From NCBI RefSeq assembly GCF_009834535.1, contig NC_045697.1, forward strand, positions 19,222,001 through 19,286,000: 64,000 nt of DNA, written 5' to 3'. This stretch comes from Camelus ferus (Eukaryota). Each line of letters begins with the position of its first letter. The stretch's first letter is position 1. Positions 13,512 to 26,735 of this stretch are shown here, one piece after another. Made by a program: the position numbers and the translations under genes. The notes under the pieces were generated by a model that had not been told where the DNA came from, searched no databases, and saw nothing but the letters and a program-made list of their open reading frames with translations.

Positions 13512-15916
13512 GTGTGTCTTTATTATCCAAATGTATTTTTCCTGCTCATGGAGAATTATGTACTCGATGTTACTTTTCAGTGCCAGATCTACAAGTTACT
13601 TCTGTGGTTAAGGGTGCAAAGAAAATACAAATATATCCTCTCTTTAATATTTGTAAGGTTCTGAATTTACAAATTTTGATCTATTTTTCTTATCTAAATA
13701 ATCAGGCCTTTTAAAAAATTTATTCCCAAGGAAAGTAATTTTGAGACTTAGAAGGTGGGCGTCTTTTTTAGGTAACAGCAAAGGGTCAACTTCTGGCCAC
13801 ATGGTAAGTGTAACAAAAACTTACTCATTTGATACAGATCTATTTGAAAAGACCTATTTGAATGGATTAATATACAGAGCCTTCTTAATTGGTATTATTT
13901 TAATAACAATGATAACTACTTATATTAGTGACCGTTAGTTAAACCTCAAAGAAAAGAAGTTTAATAATTGTAAATAATTGCAAGCATTTTGAAATGTGTA
14001 TTGCATGGAAGTACTCTGTATTATCTCACTTAAGCTTCATGCTTAAAATGAAGCGTGCATTGTTACTCCTATTTTACAGAATGGAAAAACCAAGTCAGAG
14101 AGAAGTTAAATGTTTTGCCTGAGGCAGCATTTGAATCCAGATAGAGCTGATACCTAGTATAGGATGCCAGTTTATTCCTTTAACTTCTGAAATTAATTGT
14201 CACTGCTTTTCTAATGATGTTTTTAAAATCTGTTAGTTAACCTAATAGTCCCTGTTAGTTAACCTAATAATCCTTATAGATTTGAATGCTAAAATTTTTT
14301 GATTCCACTGGAGCTTGAGCCTTATCTGATTGCTTATGTTCCATTATGTTCCTGGATTGTTTATTGTATCAAAAAAGACTCTAATCCTTTATTACTATCT
14401 AATTATTAAATGGGTAATGTATTTCTAATCAATTTACCTACATATCCTATTTAACTAAGTGACTTTTATGGCTTTAGAGTTTGTATTTTGGATCAAGTTG
14501 AAAGTTTTCATACCTCCTTAAATGTATTCTGAACATCATGGTAGGTATTTCTGATTTTACTGTGCATATGACTATAATGATGAAATTGTGGAGATAAGAG
14601 TCAATTCAACAAGTACATATTGAGTATGTTTTATGTTTATGGTGCACCTAGATGCTGGAAGGAAGAAAAAAATTAAATACGATCGTGTTCTTGCTTTTAA
14701 ATATGACAAATTCCTAAGTTAAAACAACACAGGATAGTAGAGCATTAAAGTGGGATTAGGTTTGTTCAAGTTATATATGTTATCCTGGCACTTCCAGTAT
14801 TTTTCTTACTTTGTCTTTTGAGAAGTTTCTTTATATAACAACAACGTGAAATAAAATAGGCTGCTTGATGTTTTGACAATAAATGTTATAGGCACTTTTC
14901 TTTTGGTTAAGTAAAGGTTATCAGAGATAACCTCAAATTCTGGTAGAATTATTTAGATAACATCACACACTTGATGAAGATCAGTTTTAAGAATAATGAA
15001 CATGTTACTACAGAAGAAAAGCTACAAGTGTGGAAGGTCAGCTTTCAGGGCAGCCCATTGGAGCTTTTTCCAGTGGAGGGGGAGGGAGACTGGAGTAGCC
15101 TTCATCAAGGCCTTTTTATGAGGGAATGGAAATTTAAAGAGGCAATGTCATTTAACTTTAACAACTGTGTAAGTCACAGAGCTTTTTCTAGGGTAACTGT
15201 AGATGTATTAGCTACTTACAAGAATGTGAAAGAAAATGTGTTACACATTCCAGATGTACACATGCATTATTATGTTTCCTTTCTGTGACATTAAAATATT
15301 GTTACACCTGCCAAAGGTAGCCAAAATTATGTTAGTTTTATGTCATGGTTATCTTTAAGCCTTTCACAGTGTGGTCTGTATTCTGTAATTCTTGTTTACC
15401 AGAGCTTATACTAAGGCTCTCTTCACCTGGCACATGCCTCCTCAATCCTTACAGACTTGTGTGAACTTCACTGACATCCTCACCCACTCAGGTAGAATTG
15501 CTTCCACCTCTGGGCTCATATTAAACTTTGCATAAAATTCTGTTTTATAGTTTCCTTTTTACTACATCTCATTGTCTTTCTTAAATTTAGTCTACTGATT
15601 GTCTTGCTGTTCATTCGTGCATCCACCCTATGCATTCATTTGTCTATCATACAAACATTTATCAATTATCTACTTTTGCCAAGCACCATGCTAGGTTTGG
15701 GGATACAGAGATAAGACGTAGTTTTTGCCTTCAGGCAGTTTGGCAACTGAAAAATATAACAGAAGCATACATGAAAGGTTAATTGCAGAGATGATGAAGG
15801 AAGGCATTTTTAAAAGGGAAAGTTAGAATTCTTTACTCTCTAAAGTTTTGTAGAAGCCTCATAGAAGTTTCTGTAACTTATTCTTGCTTAGAGTTCTGAA
15901 ATCTTCCTAAATAAAA

Positions 15917-16150
15917 TGTAGTGGGCTCAGAGTACAGTCATTGGAATCATACATATTTGGATTTGAATCCCTGCCATACTTCTTACTGTATTAAGTAACC
16001 TTGTGGAAGTTACTTAGCCTCTCACTACCTTTGTTTCCTCATGTGTAAAATGGCAATTTTATATATATTGTATATTTTGTTTTGAATTTTAATTAAGCTC
16101 TTGGCATAGGATCCAGCCATAAGTACATGCTTGTTTTTATTGTCGCTGTT
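15917..16150 (+). mobile_element. MIR SINE remnant
   Basis: 'ggatttgaatccctgcc...gtaaccttgtggaagttacttagcctctc...tttgtttcctcatgtgtaaaatgg'. Confidence 0.7.
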
Positions 16151-16865
16151 ATTAACAATTATTATTATTACACTTTGTGTCATAAAATCCTTATTGGCAT
16201 CATACTTGGTTGTTAAGAAATCTTTGTTGATTACTGGGCTACTTGGATTTGAAATCCAAAACAAAGTGATTTTACGTCCTTATTTCACCTGTGTCTTTTG
16301 GCACCCTGCATATTTTCTTCATTGCTAATTAAATGGTTTAATACTTCTTATTACGTAAATCCCTCAATTTACTCCCCCATCCAGAGAAGACTTTCTGCTT
16401 TCATTTATGACCTCAGGGGAATTTAATTTTTAATGGTTTAAATATTAGAATGTACAGGTATAAGTTGTTTGAGATATTTATTTAAAAAGTGAGATGATCT
16501 AAATTGAGATTGATTTTTAAAAGTCTGCTATTAAGTAAATTACTTACAATTTTCTTTTTGTTTATGAAATGATAGTAAAATGCCAGAGGTAATTAATGAT
16601 TATAAAATACTTTGAATTTGGTAAATTTCTAAATCATAGTAAATTAGAGTGTAAAGTAACCTTAGGAAACAAAAACATCAGTATAGCAACTAAATTATTA
16701 ACATGCAGGAGAGCCCACAGCACAGTTTGCATTGAAAAGGTTTGATACATGTAATAAAGGGTTAAATCACACATGGATGAGCTCATATTCATCACTAATA
16801 TGTAAACTGTGTTAAATATGTTTCTCAAATATTTAAATTTGCATACTAGAAATATTTTCATTTAA

Positions 16866-17009
<144 letters not shown>

Positions 17010-19183
17010 TAGTATTCTCTCTTACAAGTTATGACGCAAAAGAATAATCAGATCATCTACTTATCATTTAAAGAAGAAAAAAGTAAGAAAGGTGGTTATA
17101 GACTACTGAGAAGAATCTTCTGTTAGATATAAAAGAAATGTAATATTATCTTTAAAGAGTTATAGTGTGAGATTTTCTGTCATTGAAATATGGAATGTGG
17201 AATTTTCAAAGCCAGTTACTGATGTAAAAAGTTGAAAAACCATGTTGATAACTCAGAATTAAATTTCTAGATTAAAAACTCTTTACAGTAGCGTTCATGT
17301 TGATGTTATTATAACTGGAGATTCACTAAAGAGTCCCTTTTAAAAATGGTGCAGTCTAAAACCATCTTGAGGACATGAGGTAATAAATCCTAACTTGACT
17401 TCATTAATTACTAGGAAAAGGATTTTTTTGATATAGATTGAAAACAGAGGCCTGCTTAAAACTGTACAAAGTAGCAGACTATCCTGGCAGAAGCACAAGG
17501 CGGAGAATGTTATTTGATTGTTTTGAAGAACATTTAAGAAATTGCTATGTCATATGTATAAGGAAAATAGACCTTGTACTTGTTTACTTTGACAAGAATA
17601 CTTTATTCCCAGAAGGGAAATTTAATATATTTATTTCATTTAACTTCAAATTTCAGAAAGCTTTGGGGGAAAATGTTCGAGGAGTACACAATTTAGAGGA
17701 ATAATGTTTTATTTTTCAGAAGCTCAAAAGGAATAACAAAATTAATCTAAGAAAAATGGCTTGTAAAAATTATAAATTAGGAAACTAATGTTTATTTTAT
17801 TTTAATTCTTGGCGTGAAAAGACTTGCAGATTCCTGTGATACTGTTCTGGGGGTGCCCCTGCCTAAGAAGGGTGACTGGAGTGGTTGGATGGATTCCATG
17901 ACTTTACTGGAGTAGATCTTTTTTGGCTCAGGCTAGAGGAGCAGCTGATGAAACAGCTGGAACTCCCCTTTGTGAGAGTTAGTGCAAATGCACTGTTGGT
18001 AGAAATTACAAACCCTAGGAAATAGAACACTGTTGAAATGCCAGGCATTCTACAGAGATGATACCCCTTCTAACCTTTTCCTTGTCCTAAGTTTTCAGTT
18101 GAATCTATTGGGGATTGTCTTCTGTGAGATTCTGTCTAGTTTTTTCATGTGAATGATTGGTGAAAATAGAAATTAAATGATAGAATTTGTCTCTACATAC
18201 AAGTTGATCAGGAATATTTATATTTTATTAATTCAAGAACAAACCACCCTCTACGACAAACAGTATTATCATTTGAAAAGAAACAAAACTAGTCTCGAAG
18301 AATGTTGAAAACAAATGTTTTAATAAACAACCAGTTAAAAAGTTAATGATGCATTATATTTTAAATGAGTTTGTCTTAGAATTATTGTTTGAGTGAATGA
18401 GCCCTACAGTTGGAACACCCACATTAGATTTATAAAAATGGCATTGTCAAGTGAACAGAGATACATTTTAAAGGAGTTCTCACTGAAATCTTTTCCAGTT
18501 TGTGGTACTTATTATACAGTCTGGGACTTGTCCATCTGTTTGTTGTTATTTCTGGTGATTATAGTTCAGCCTGAACAAGGCTCATATTTGAACTAGAGCC
18601 TGCACTGAACCTCTCAGTCAGAGGCAGAATAAAAATAAATCCTTTTGAAACGTTAACCTTCTGCTAAAGAGTGAAGAGTGAATCCTTTTCACTGTAGATG
18701 AGGGCGTGCACTCTGGAAACATGCAACCTTGAGGGTCTGTGGCATAGAGCAGGCTATTTATCACACTGTGTGAAACATACACTAACCCTAGATTTGTAAG
18801 CATGGGAACTTTTCATTTCTGTAGACTCTTCACCTCATCAAATGTGCAAAACGTCTTCCTGCTGGAGGCCTGGGCGGTCTGGCAGTTTTTCACCAAAAAA
18901 CTAAATCTCTTTGCAGCAAATCATACATTGTATTGTGTTAGTTATTGTGTCTCCCTCCACAGAGCCCCTCAGTCAGGGATAGACTAGGAAATTATTTGCT
19001 GATTTTTGTGTTTTGTGTCACTGAAGACAGTAGGCCCTGGTTCCTTGCTCCTTACTGTAGAAAGTGCTGGGGGCCACGGTCATGCCTGGTGCCTTAGGGA
19101 AGGCGATCCTGTTGTTTCTCTAGTAACCCAGGTCTCTCTGGCAGGTTGCCACCTTAAACAGTACTTGTTAGGATCATTCAACA

Positions 19184-19431
19184 CATGGTTTCTCAGCCAT
19201 GGCACTATTCACAGTCTGGGCTGGATCATTCCTGGATAATTCTTTTGTTACCGCAAGAGAGGGGGCAGGACAGAGATTGTCCTGTGCATTATTGGATGCT
19301 TAGCAAGATCCCTGGCCTCTACCTACTAGACACCAGAAACGAACACCCCCAACTTGTACCTCCCAGTAGTGACAAGCGAAATTGTCAGCTGTCTGCTGGG
19401 GAAAATAATCCCCTTCGGCTGAGAATCCCTG
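19184..19431 (-). mobile_element. MER20 (hAT-Charlie MITE)
   Basis: Terminal inverted repeats catggtttctcagcc / ggctgagaatccctg; internal 'ggataattctt...tgtcctgtgcatt...ccctggcctctacctactaga' matches the recalled reverse complement of MER20. Confidence 0.85.
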
Positions 19432-19921
19432 ACTAGTCACAGTTACATGGCTGCCTGCTTTGGGGAAATGCTTTTTTGTGAATGATTAGGATTTCAGTTT
19501 GTTTATCAAAGCATGACAGCTGCCTAACTTGACTGAAGGAAAGGAATTGGAATGATAATGGTGATATTCCATGACTCACTCCTTTCACCCCACAGGGGGC
19601 CATTCTCACTATATATACACGATGGGAGACGCTGTGGCTCTTTTAGTGGTCCCTAGGACTTCTGTTACTGCCTCCTGTACCAGCGGGGCATGGTGCATCC
19701 ATGTGGGTTTATTTCTGCCCTCCTGTAGGTCTGCTATATCAGGCAGTTATAATAAGCATATTGATTCTTTGAAGAAAGAATTTTTTAAAAGGCTTGAGCT
19801 TGTATATGGATGGGACATCTTCATATTTTGTTCTGTTTTGTTTTTAGATATCTCCTACTTTTTTTTTTGTAAGTGCCTCTGTGTGTTGATTTTTTAAAAT
19901 GATACTTAAAGATTAATTTAA

Positions 19922-20122
<201 letters not shown>

Positions 20123-20566
20123 TGAGTAGATAAAAAAAGGCTGTAAGTCTTGTTATTTATGTGGGAAAGTGCAGTTTGTGAATATGTAATATGGGCATGT
20201 GCTTACACACTTAGGTTGGTACACACATCAGGAATTGTATGTACACTGCATTTCATATTTTTAGAAAAGTATCGTATTGTCATAATTACAGATTTATTCT
20301 AAAGGAATGTACTAGGGAATAAATGGGAAGAAGACCAGTGGAAATAAATCACCTATAGGTAGAATTATATGTGTAGTTAAATTTTATTTTTAACATGATT
20401 TAAATCATTATAAATTTCTTAACTCTCCCTGCTATCCCTGTGTTTTTAGCTCAAGATAACCAAAATAGCTATGTAGCAGGCCACCTGATGTTTTTATTGT
20501 CCAAACTTCAGATTAATAATAGAAAATGCTGTGAATTCTGATTGAAACATGTATCTTATTGCTTGA

Positions 20567-20833
<267 letters not shown>

Positions 20834-21343
20834 TAAAAAAGTGTTTGTGAGGATATTGTTTTGCCGCTCTGAGGAGCTTTTTTGTTTTTGTTCAAACTCC
20901 TACATTTGGTTCCATCATATACTCTTCCTTAGTTAGTAAAGGAGTCATTTGTTCATATTGTTAGCATTGGTCAAGGTCCATATAACAAAATAATGAAGTG
21001 CCAACTAAAAGGCAAAGCTTCCATCATGTTCACTTCACTCATGAAGTGTTATCCCTTGCCATGTTAATTGTTTTGAGTAAATTTAAAGTGTTCATTTAAC
21101 GTCTGTCATATGTTTCAGACTATATCTAATGTTAAGAATCTCTATTAAACATCATTTGAATCCTGTTAAATGGTTTTAGAACATAATCTACAAATTCTGA
21201 AGTTGTCTAAAAGGTGTCCTTTCCCAGGATCTGCTTCTGCTATGCATTTACTCAAGAAGGAATTCAGGCATTGCGTGGTCCTTCAGAAAAGGCAGGGGCG
21301 GGGGGAAGGCATCCTGGGAGAATTATAGGTAATTATAGACAGG

Positions 21344-21630
21344 TGTATTAGTTTTCTAATCCTGCTATAAACAATTACCACCAACTTAGTGGCTTAAAAC
21401 AACACACATTTATTATGTTACAGTTCTCAAAGTCAGAGTCTAAAATAGGCCTGCAGGGCTGCCTTCCTTGTGCAGACACGAGGGGAGGATCTGTTTCCTT
21501 GCCTTTTCTAACTTCTAGAGGCTGCCTGCATTTCTTGGCTGATGACCCCTTCCTTCATCTTCAAAGCATGTCACTCCAACCTCTGCTTCCATGGTCTAAT
21601 CCTCTGCTTCTGACTTTGACCCTTTCTTTA
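21344..21630 (-). mobile_element. MaLR LTR fragment (MLT1B/C-like)
   Basis: 'tgtattagttttc...acttagtggcttaaaacaacacacatttattatgttacagttct...tctgtttccttgccttttctaacttctagaggctgcc' is the antisense MLT1 3' end. Confidence 0.8.
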
Positions 21631-24600
21631 CTGATAAAGAAACCAAGAAACAAAATGAGGGTGAGAAAACTTGTTCAAGATTAGGGAGTGACTCAGTTGT
21701 AAAGCCGGGCCAAGAACTGAGGTATTGTGCCTCCCGCTTTGCTTTATGCACTGTTGCCTTCTCAGTCAAGAGCTAAATAAGAAATAAGAATTATGTAATG
21801 GAGGAGTTTCAATTTCAACTCATGAGAAAATGTTTGGTGTACATGACTAGTTCCTTTAAGATTGTCACTTTTGGTAGGATTGTCTGACGGAGTGCAGCTC
21901 TTTTTTGTTAACTGCTAACTGTTCTCTGTCATAGACCAGACATCTGGTTTTGGGTCTTCCGTGTAAGGAATTTCTTCTTGAAGTTGATTCCTAGGACTGT
22001 TTTGCCATCAGGTCCTATTTACCTGACAAATCTTGTCTGTACAGAATGTAGTAAAGAACCAGGGAGTTAACAAAAAAAGCCTAGCTGAAATTATACTGTG
22101 TCCAAGAATTAGACATTACTTCCTTTTCTCCTGTGAGAACTCCATGCCTGTTCCCACTGAGACTTCAATTCTTGGTTTGTTCCCAGTGCTGAACTAAGAC
22201 ATTTGTTAGCTGTTTTTCTGAACTTTGTGGACAGGGAAAAAACAAATCAGAAAGTAGTAGTAGGAATTCTTCTGTAGAGTCATAAACTAATAGCAATGTT
22301 TCTGGGGAGACTGCCTCACAGTGAGGGAAAAGACACAATACAAAGAAGGAGCCCAAAGTTACAAACATTTAAGCCTGAGGTTTGGGGCGTAGAGACCTTG
22401 CACACGTTAGTAGACCCTAAGATTACCATGATGCTACGTTCCAGCATAAATGTAATAATCCTGATGAGATTCTGAGTCTGTGAAAAGTGGTTTAAAAGAG
22501 AGAACTGGGTATTTAAAAAGAATTCTGTCCAACATGATTACAGTAATAAGATACACAATTTTATGAGTGCTCACTGTATGCCAGAAGTTTATGCTACGCA
22601 TATTATTGCAAATATTTTGCTCATAAATTTTAATCCTCACTATACATAGGTATTATTCTCACTTACAGATGAGATGTGTAGGTATGAGATGCTATTACGT
22701 GGCAAAGGCAAGATTACTTGTGTCTTCTCCAAAGTCCATGTTTTCCCATACTACTATTGAAAGCTTTGTTTATAGAAGCAAGTTTAACTGGGAAATTAAT
22801 TTATGTGTAATGTCACATAATCCACAATTCCACATAGTTTGAAGCATTACTGTATCTTGTCTGGAGGGTAATCAGCTTCTCAAAGTTAGAAGACAGAAAA
22901 TCTGGTACATATTTTATATAGTGTTATTTTCCATAGAACAAAAGCTTTTGGGTGAATAATAGTACCACTTTATATTTTGTGTGGTTTAAGTACTTTTCAC
23001 ATAAATTACTTCGTTCTTAAAGACTCAAGGAGCCTAAAGTCAGGACAAGTACGCCTGTTGTACATGAAACAATAAGCCTCAGAAAATAAAGAACTTGCTA
23101 AAGGTCACAAATACAATAAATCATGAAGTTGGGTCTAAAAGCCAGGTTTTCAGATATTCAGACTGTTTTTTTCTGTGATCTGTTTTTACTTATTGCTGTT
23201 TTATTCCTAAGACACAAAAATTATGCAAATAATGACTCATTTTAAAATAATTTAATAATTCATCATTTGTAAAAGCTACTAATTACTCAATTTTCACTGC
23301 ATCCATTTCCCTATAAATAACAATGTAATTCAAAGTGAGGATTGAAATCCAGGTCAAATGATAAACTTATGAATAATAGTAGAGAAAATAGTTGCTGTTG
23401 TTGGAAGGTTAGAATTTCTAAAATTTTGAGACATTATTTGACAGTCGGTCAAAACATTGATCAGCCTCAGTTTATACTAGAAGCATGTCAATTCTGTGTT
23501 AAGTGTGTTTATTGAGCTCTTTTAGAGAAAATAAAATCGTGAACATAACATTAAGGAAAATGTTTATGATTAAAGAGAAGAACATGAGTGAATTTGTTCT
23601 GATTCTCTGTATACTTCCTTAGCAATGAGAACTGTATAGGAATTTTAGCTTTAAAATCGTGTGAGAAAACAACCTGCGCTCTGTAGTGTTGTGTAGAACT
23701 CCATGTCACAGGACCCGAGCTCCTGTCCTCTCTTCTTGAGGGATCAGCAGGGATATCACAGCTTAGCCAGTTGTCTCACTAAGCACGGTGCTGTCCCAAG
23801 CACGTTGCACAGAGAATCAAGTCAGGCAAGTGTAATGTTAGGGTTTGTCTTCAGTGAGTAAATGCTGTTTTACCCTTACTGTTAATATCTATTTCTTGAA
23901 TTGTCTACTGCCTGTCTGGTTGTGATTCTTTTTAAGTTTTAGAGTTTTAAAAAATATTTTTCTACATTTTTTTCCCCTGTGGTATCTGACAGCAGTTCTA
24001 TTTATAAAAATTTGTGTGTAATACTCTAGTTTATTCTGGCACACAGTAAGATTTATTTAAATAAATTAGGCTTGGTCAGATCAAACATTCTTCTGCACGT
24101 TAGTTTAGGAATTCAGTGTTAGTTACCTTACTTAACTTTGGGGCAGATTAATTTGCGGTTATGGTGCTCCAGAAGCAGGATGCTCCGTGGTTCATCCATC
24201 ACTGTGTCTGCAGGTCTTGAGTGTGTGTACCTAATTCCATAAAACCCATCACGTATCTGTACACATCCTTAGCTTGAGCTCGTGCTGGTTTTCAGGTGAC
24301 TCATTCCTGGAATGGGTTTTCTCTTCCTTCTGTGTTATCTTCTTAGTGGGACTTTCCTTGAGAATTTTTTCCTTAGCACTTAGTACCACTTCACACACTA
24401 AACATTTTAGTTTTCTATTTATTGTCTGGCTCCCCTAAAGGGCAGCTGGAAGAAAAACTTCTACATCTTGACGCTGAAGCTATTCATAGTTTCCCATGAA
24501 AGAATCTCAAGAAGACTCTCACTCAGAATCTAGTCTCTTGAAATTTACACTTGGTCTGCAAATGCTAATTTATTTACTTCCTGGTATGTTAGAAGCAGGA

Positions 24601-25195
24601 AAAAATTAAATAGAAGTGACAAAACAGACTGTAATAAGGAGATATGCTCATAACAGTATGAAATAATTGGCCATAAAGATGTCATGAAAAACTTTTAAAA
24701 ATGATATAATTACTTTTGAAAGTGAGTGTCTAGTTAGATGATTACAGTGAGGCCCTCTGGGAACGTTAGAAGAGGTGGCAGAACAGGTCTGCACCCTGTT
24801 GGGGATACTTCTGCATGTCCTACTCCATGAACAAAATATACGTTATGAGAAAATGTAATCAGTTTTGTATACGTCTTAGATTTTTTTTTCTCTTAGTGAG
24901 TCTGGCTATTATAAAATATACAAATGCAATATTGCAACCTAAGATATATGTGTAAGCTGCCTCTACCCTCTGGCTTTACAACTTTGCTTAGCAAGTTTAA
25001 GATGTACTTAAAACTTCACATTCAGTTTTAATGTTAGAAATATACTGTTTTAGACTGTGATTTTAAAAGATATTTGCAAAGAACATAATTCAAATTGCTT
25101 TTTCTTTCAATATGGTACCAAAAAAAAAATCTTAGTTTCTTAAAGAAATCTTAATGTAAATACCTTTAAAAAGAATTTTTTTCCTCTCTCTCTAA

Positions 25196-25492
<297 letters not shown>

Positions 25493-25726
25493 TAGAGGGT
25501 TTAACTAACCAGTTGAGATACAAAGATCTGAATAAAATTTTTAGTATCACAGATTCTTTTCATGAATTGGAACTCATTGCATAAATTGACCCTGTAATCC
25601 TAGGCTGCAAGGTAAAATTACTTTATTTAGAGAAGTATATACCTTTCAGAATGAACTTCATATCCTGTAAAAATCAGCCCTATTATCATTATCATAAATG
25701 TTTTATACGGAGCTTTTCTCCTCTAG

Positions 25727-25750
25727 GTTGCTACTTCATATCTGATTCAG
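25727..25750 (+). CDS. STIM2: STIM2 alternative microexon 9 (STIM2.1/STIM2beta insert), VATSYLIQ
   Basis: cttttctcctctag|GTT GCT ACT TCA TAT CTG ATT CAG|gttagt; 24 nt, phase 0/0; matches the known human VAASYLIQ insert at 7 of 8 residues. Confidence 0.93.
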
Positions 25751-26155
25751 GTTAGTAGTTACTAGAAATTAATGTCTGACTGTTAATAATTGTGTGAAAT
25801 TAGATTGAGTCTTGATCTGATTTCTAGAAGAACAACAACAGAAAACTCAGTTCACTCACTAACACCTCCGTTGCAGTAGGTTATAGTTCATGTTATTCTT
25901 CTGGTTTTAATAGAAGATTCAGGTCTTTTTTTGATTCATGAAAATAAGAGAGAAAGCCTCCAGAACAAAGTTTGTCTTAGGAAAGCATGCTTTCTCCCTC
26001 ATCTGTTTTCTTCTTTGGAAGGTAGGACTATATCTTGGCTCATAATTATCTCCATTGGTTTTATGATTACTGATATATTCAAAACAAAAGAAACCTCACT
26101 AGCATGTGTGTATTTTTCCCAACCCAGTCTCACTTCTCTCACCTTGGGTTTTTAG

Positions 26156-26257
<102 letters not shown>

Positions 26258-26496
26258 TAAGGCGCTGCCGCAGCCATCTGTCTGTTCTTACTGTGTTGAC
26301 GTGTGTAACTTATAGACAACTTATGTTTTAACTTGTCATTTAACCATAAACTTTTACATATTTTATACTAATTCTAAGAGGGGGTAATTTCTTGAAACTG
26401 GTTACTTACCCTGGCCTGTTCATGTAGTTGCCTTTTTTCAGTGATGTATTCAAGGCTCTTGGAGGCAACAAGTAATCCCTGTACTGGCTTTTCCAG

Positions 26497-26735
26497 GAAA
26501 GCTCTCTCTGAATTGACAACTTGTTTACGAGAACGACTTTTTCGCTGGCAACAGATTGAGAAGATCTGTGGCTTTCAGATAGCCCATAACTCGGGACTCC
26601 CCAGCCTCACCTCGTCCCTGTATTCTGATCACAGCTGGGTGGTGATGCCCAGAGTCTCCATTCCACCCTATCCAATTGCTGGAGGAGTCGATGATTTAGA
26701 CGAAGATACTCCCCCAATAGTGTCACAGTTTCCTG
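26497..26735 (+). CDS. STIM2: STIM2 exon 11 (end of CAD/SOAR, acidic segment)
   Basis: ttccag|...|gtaagt; 239 nt, (K)KALSELTTCLRERLFRWQQIEKICGFQIAHNSGLPSLTSSLYSDHSWVVMPRVSIPPYPIAGGVDDLDEDTPPIVSQFP(G). Confidence 0.97.
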
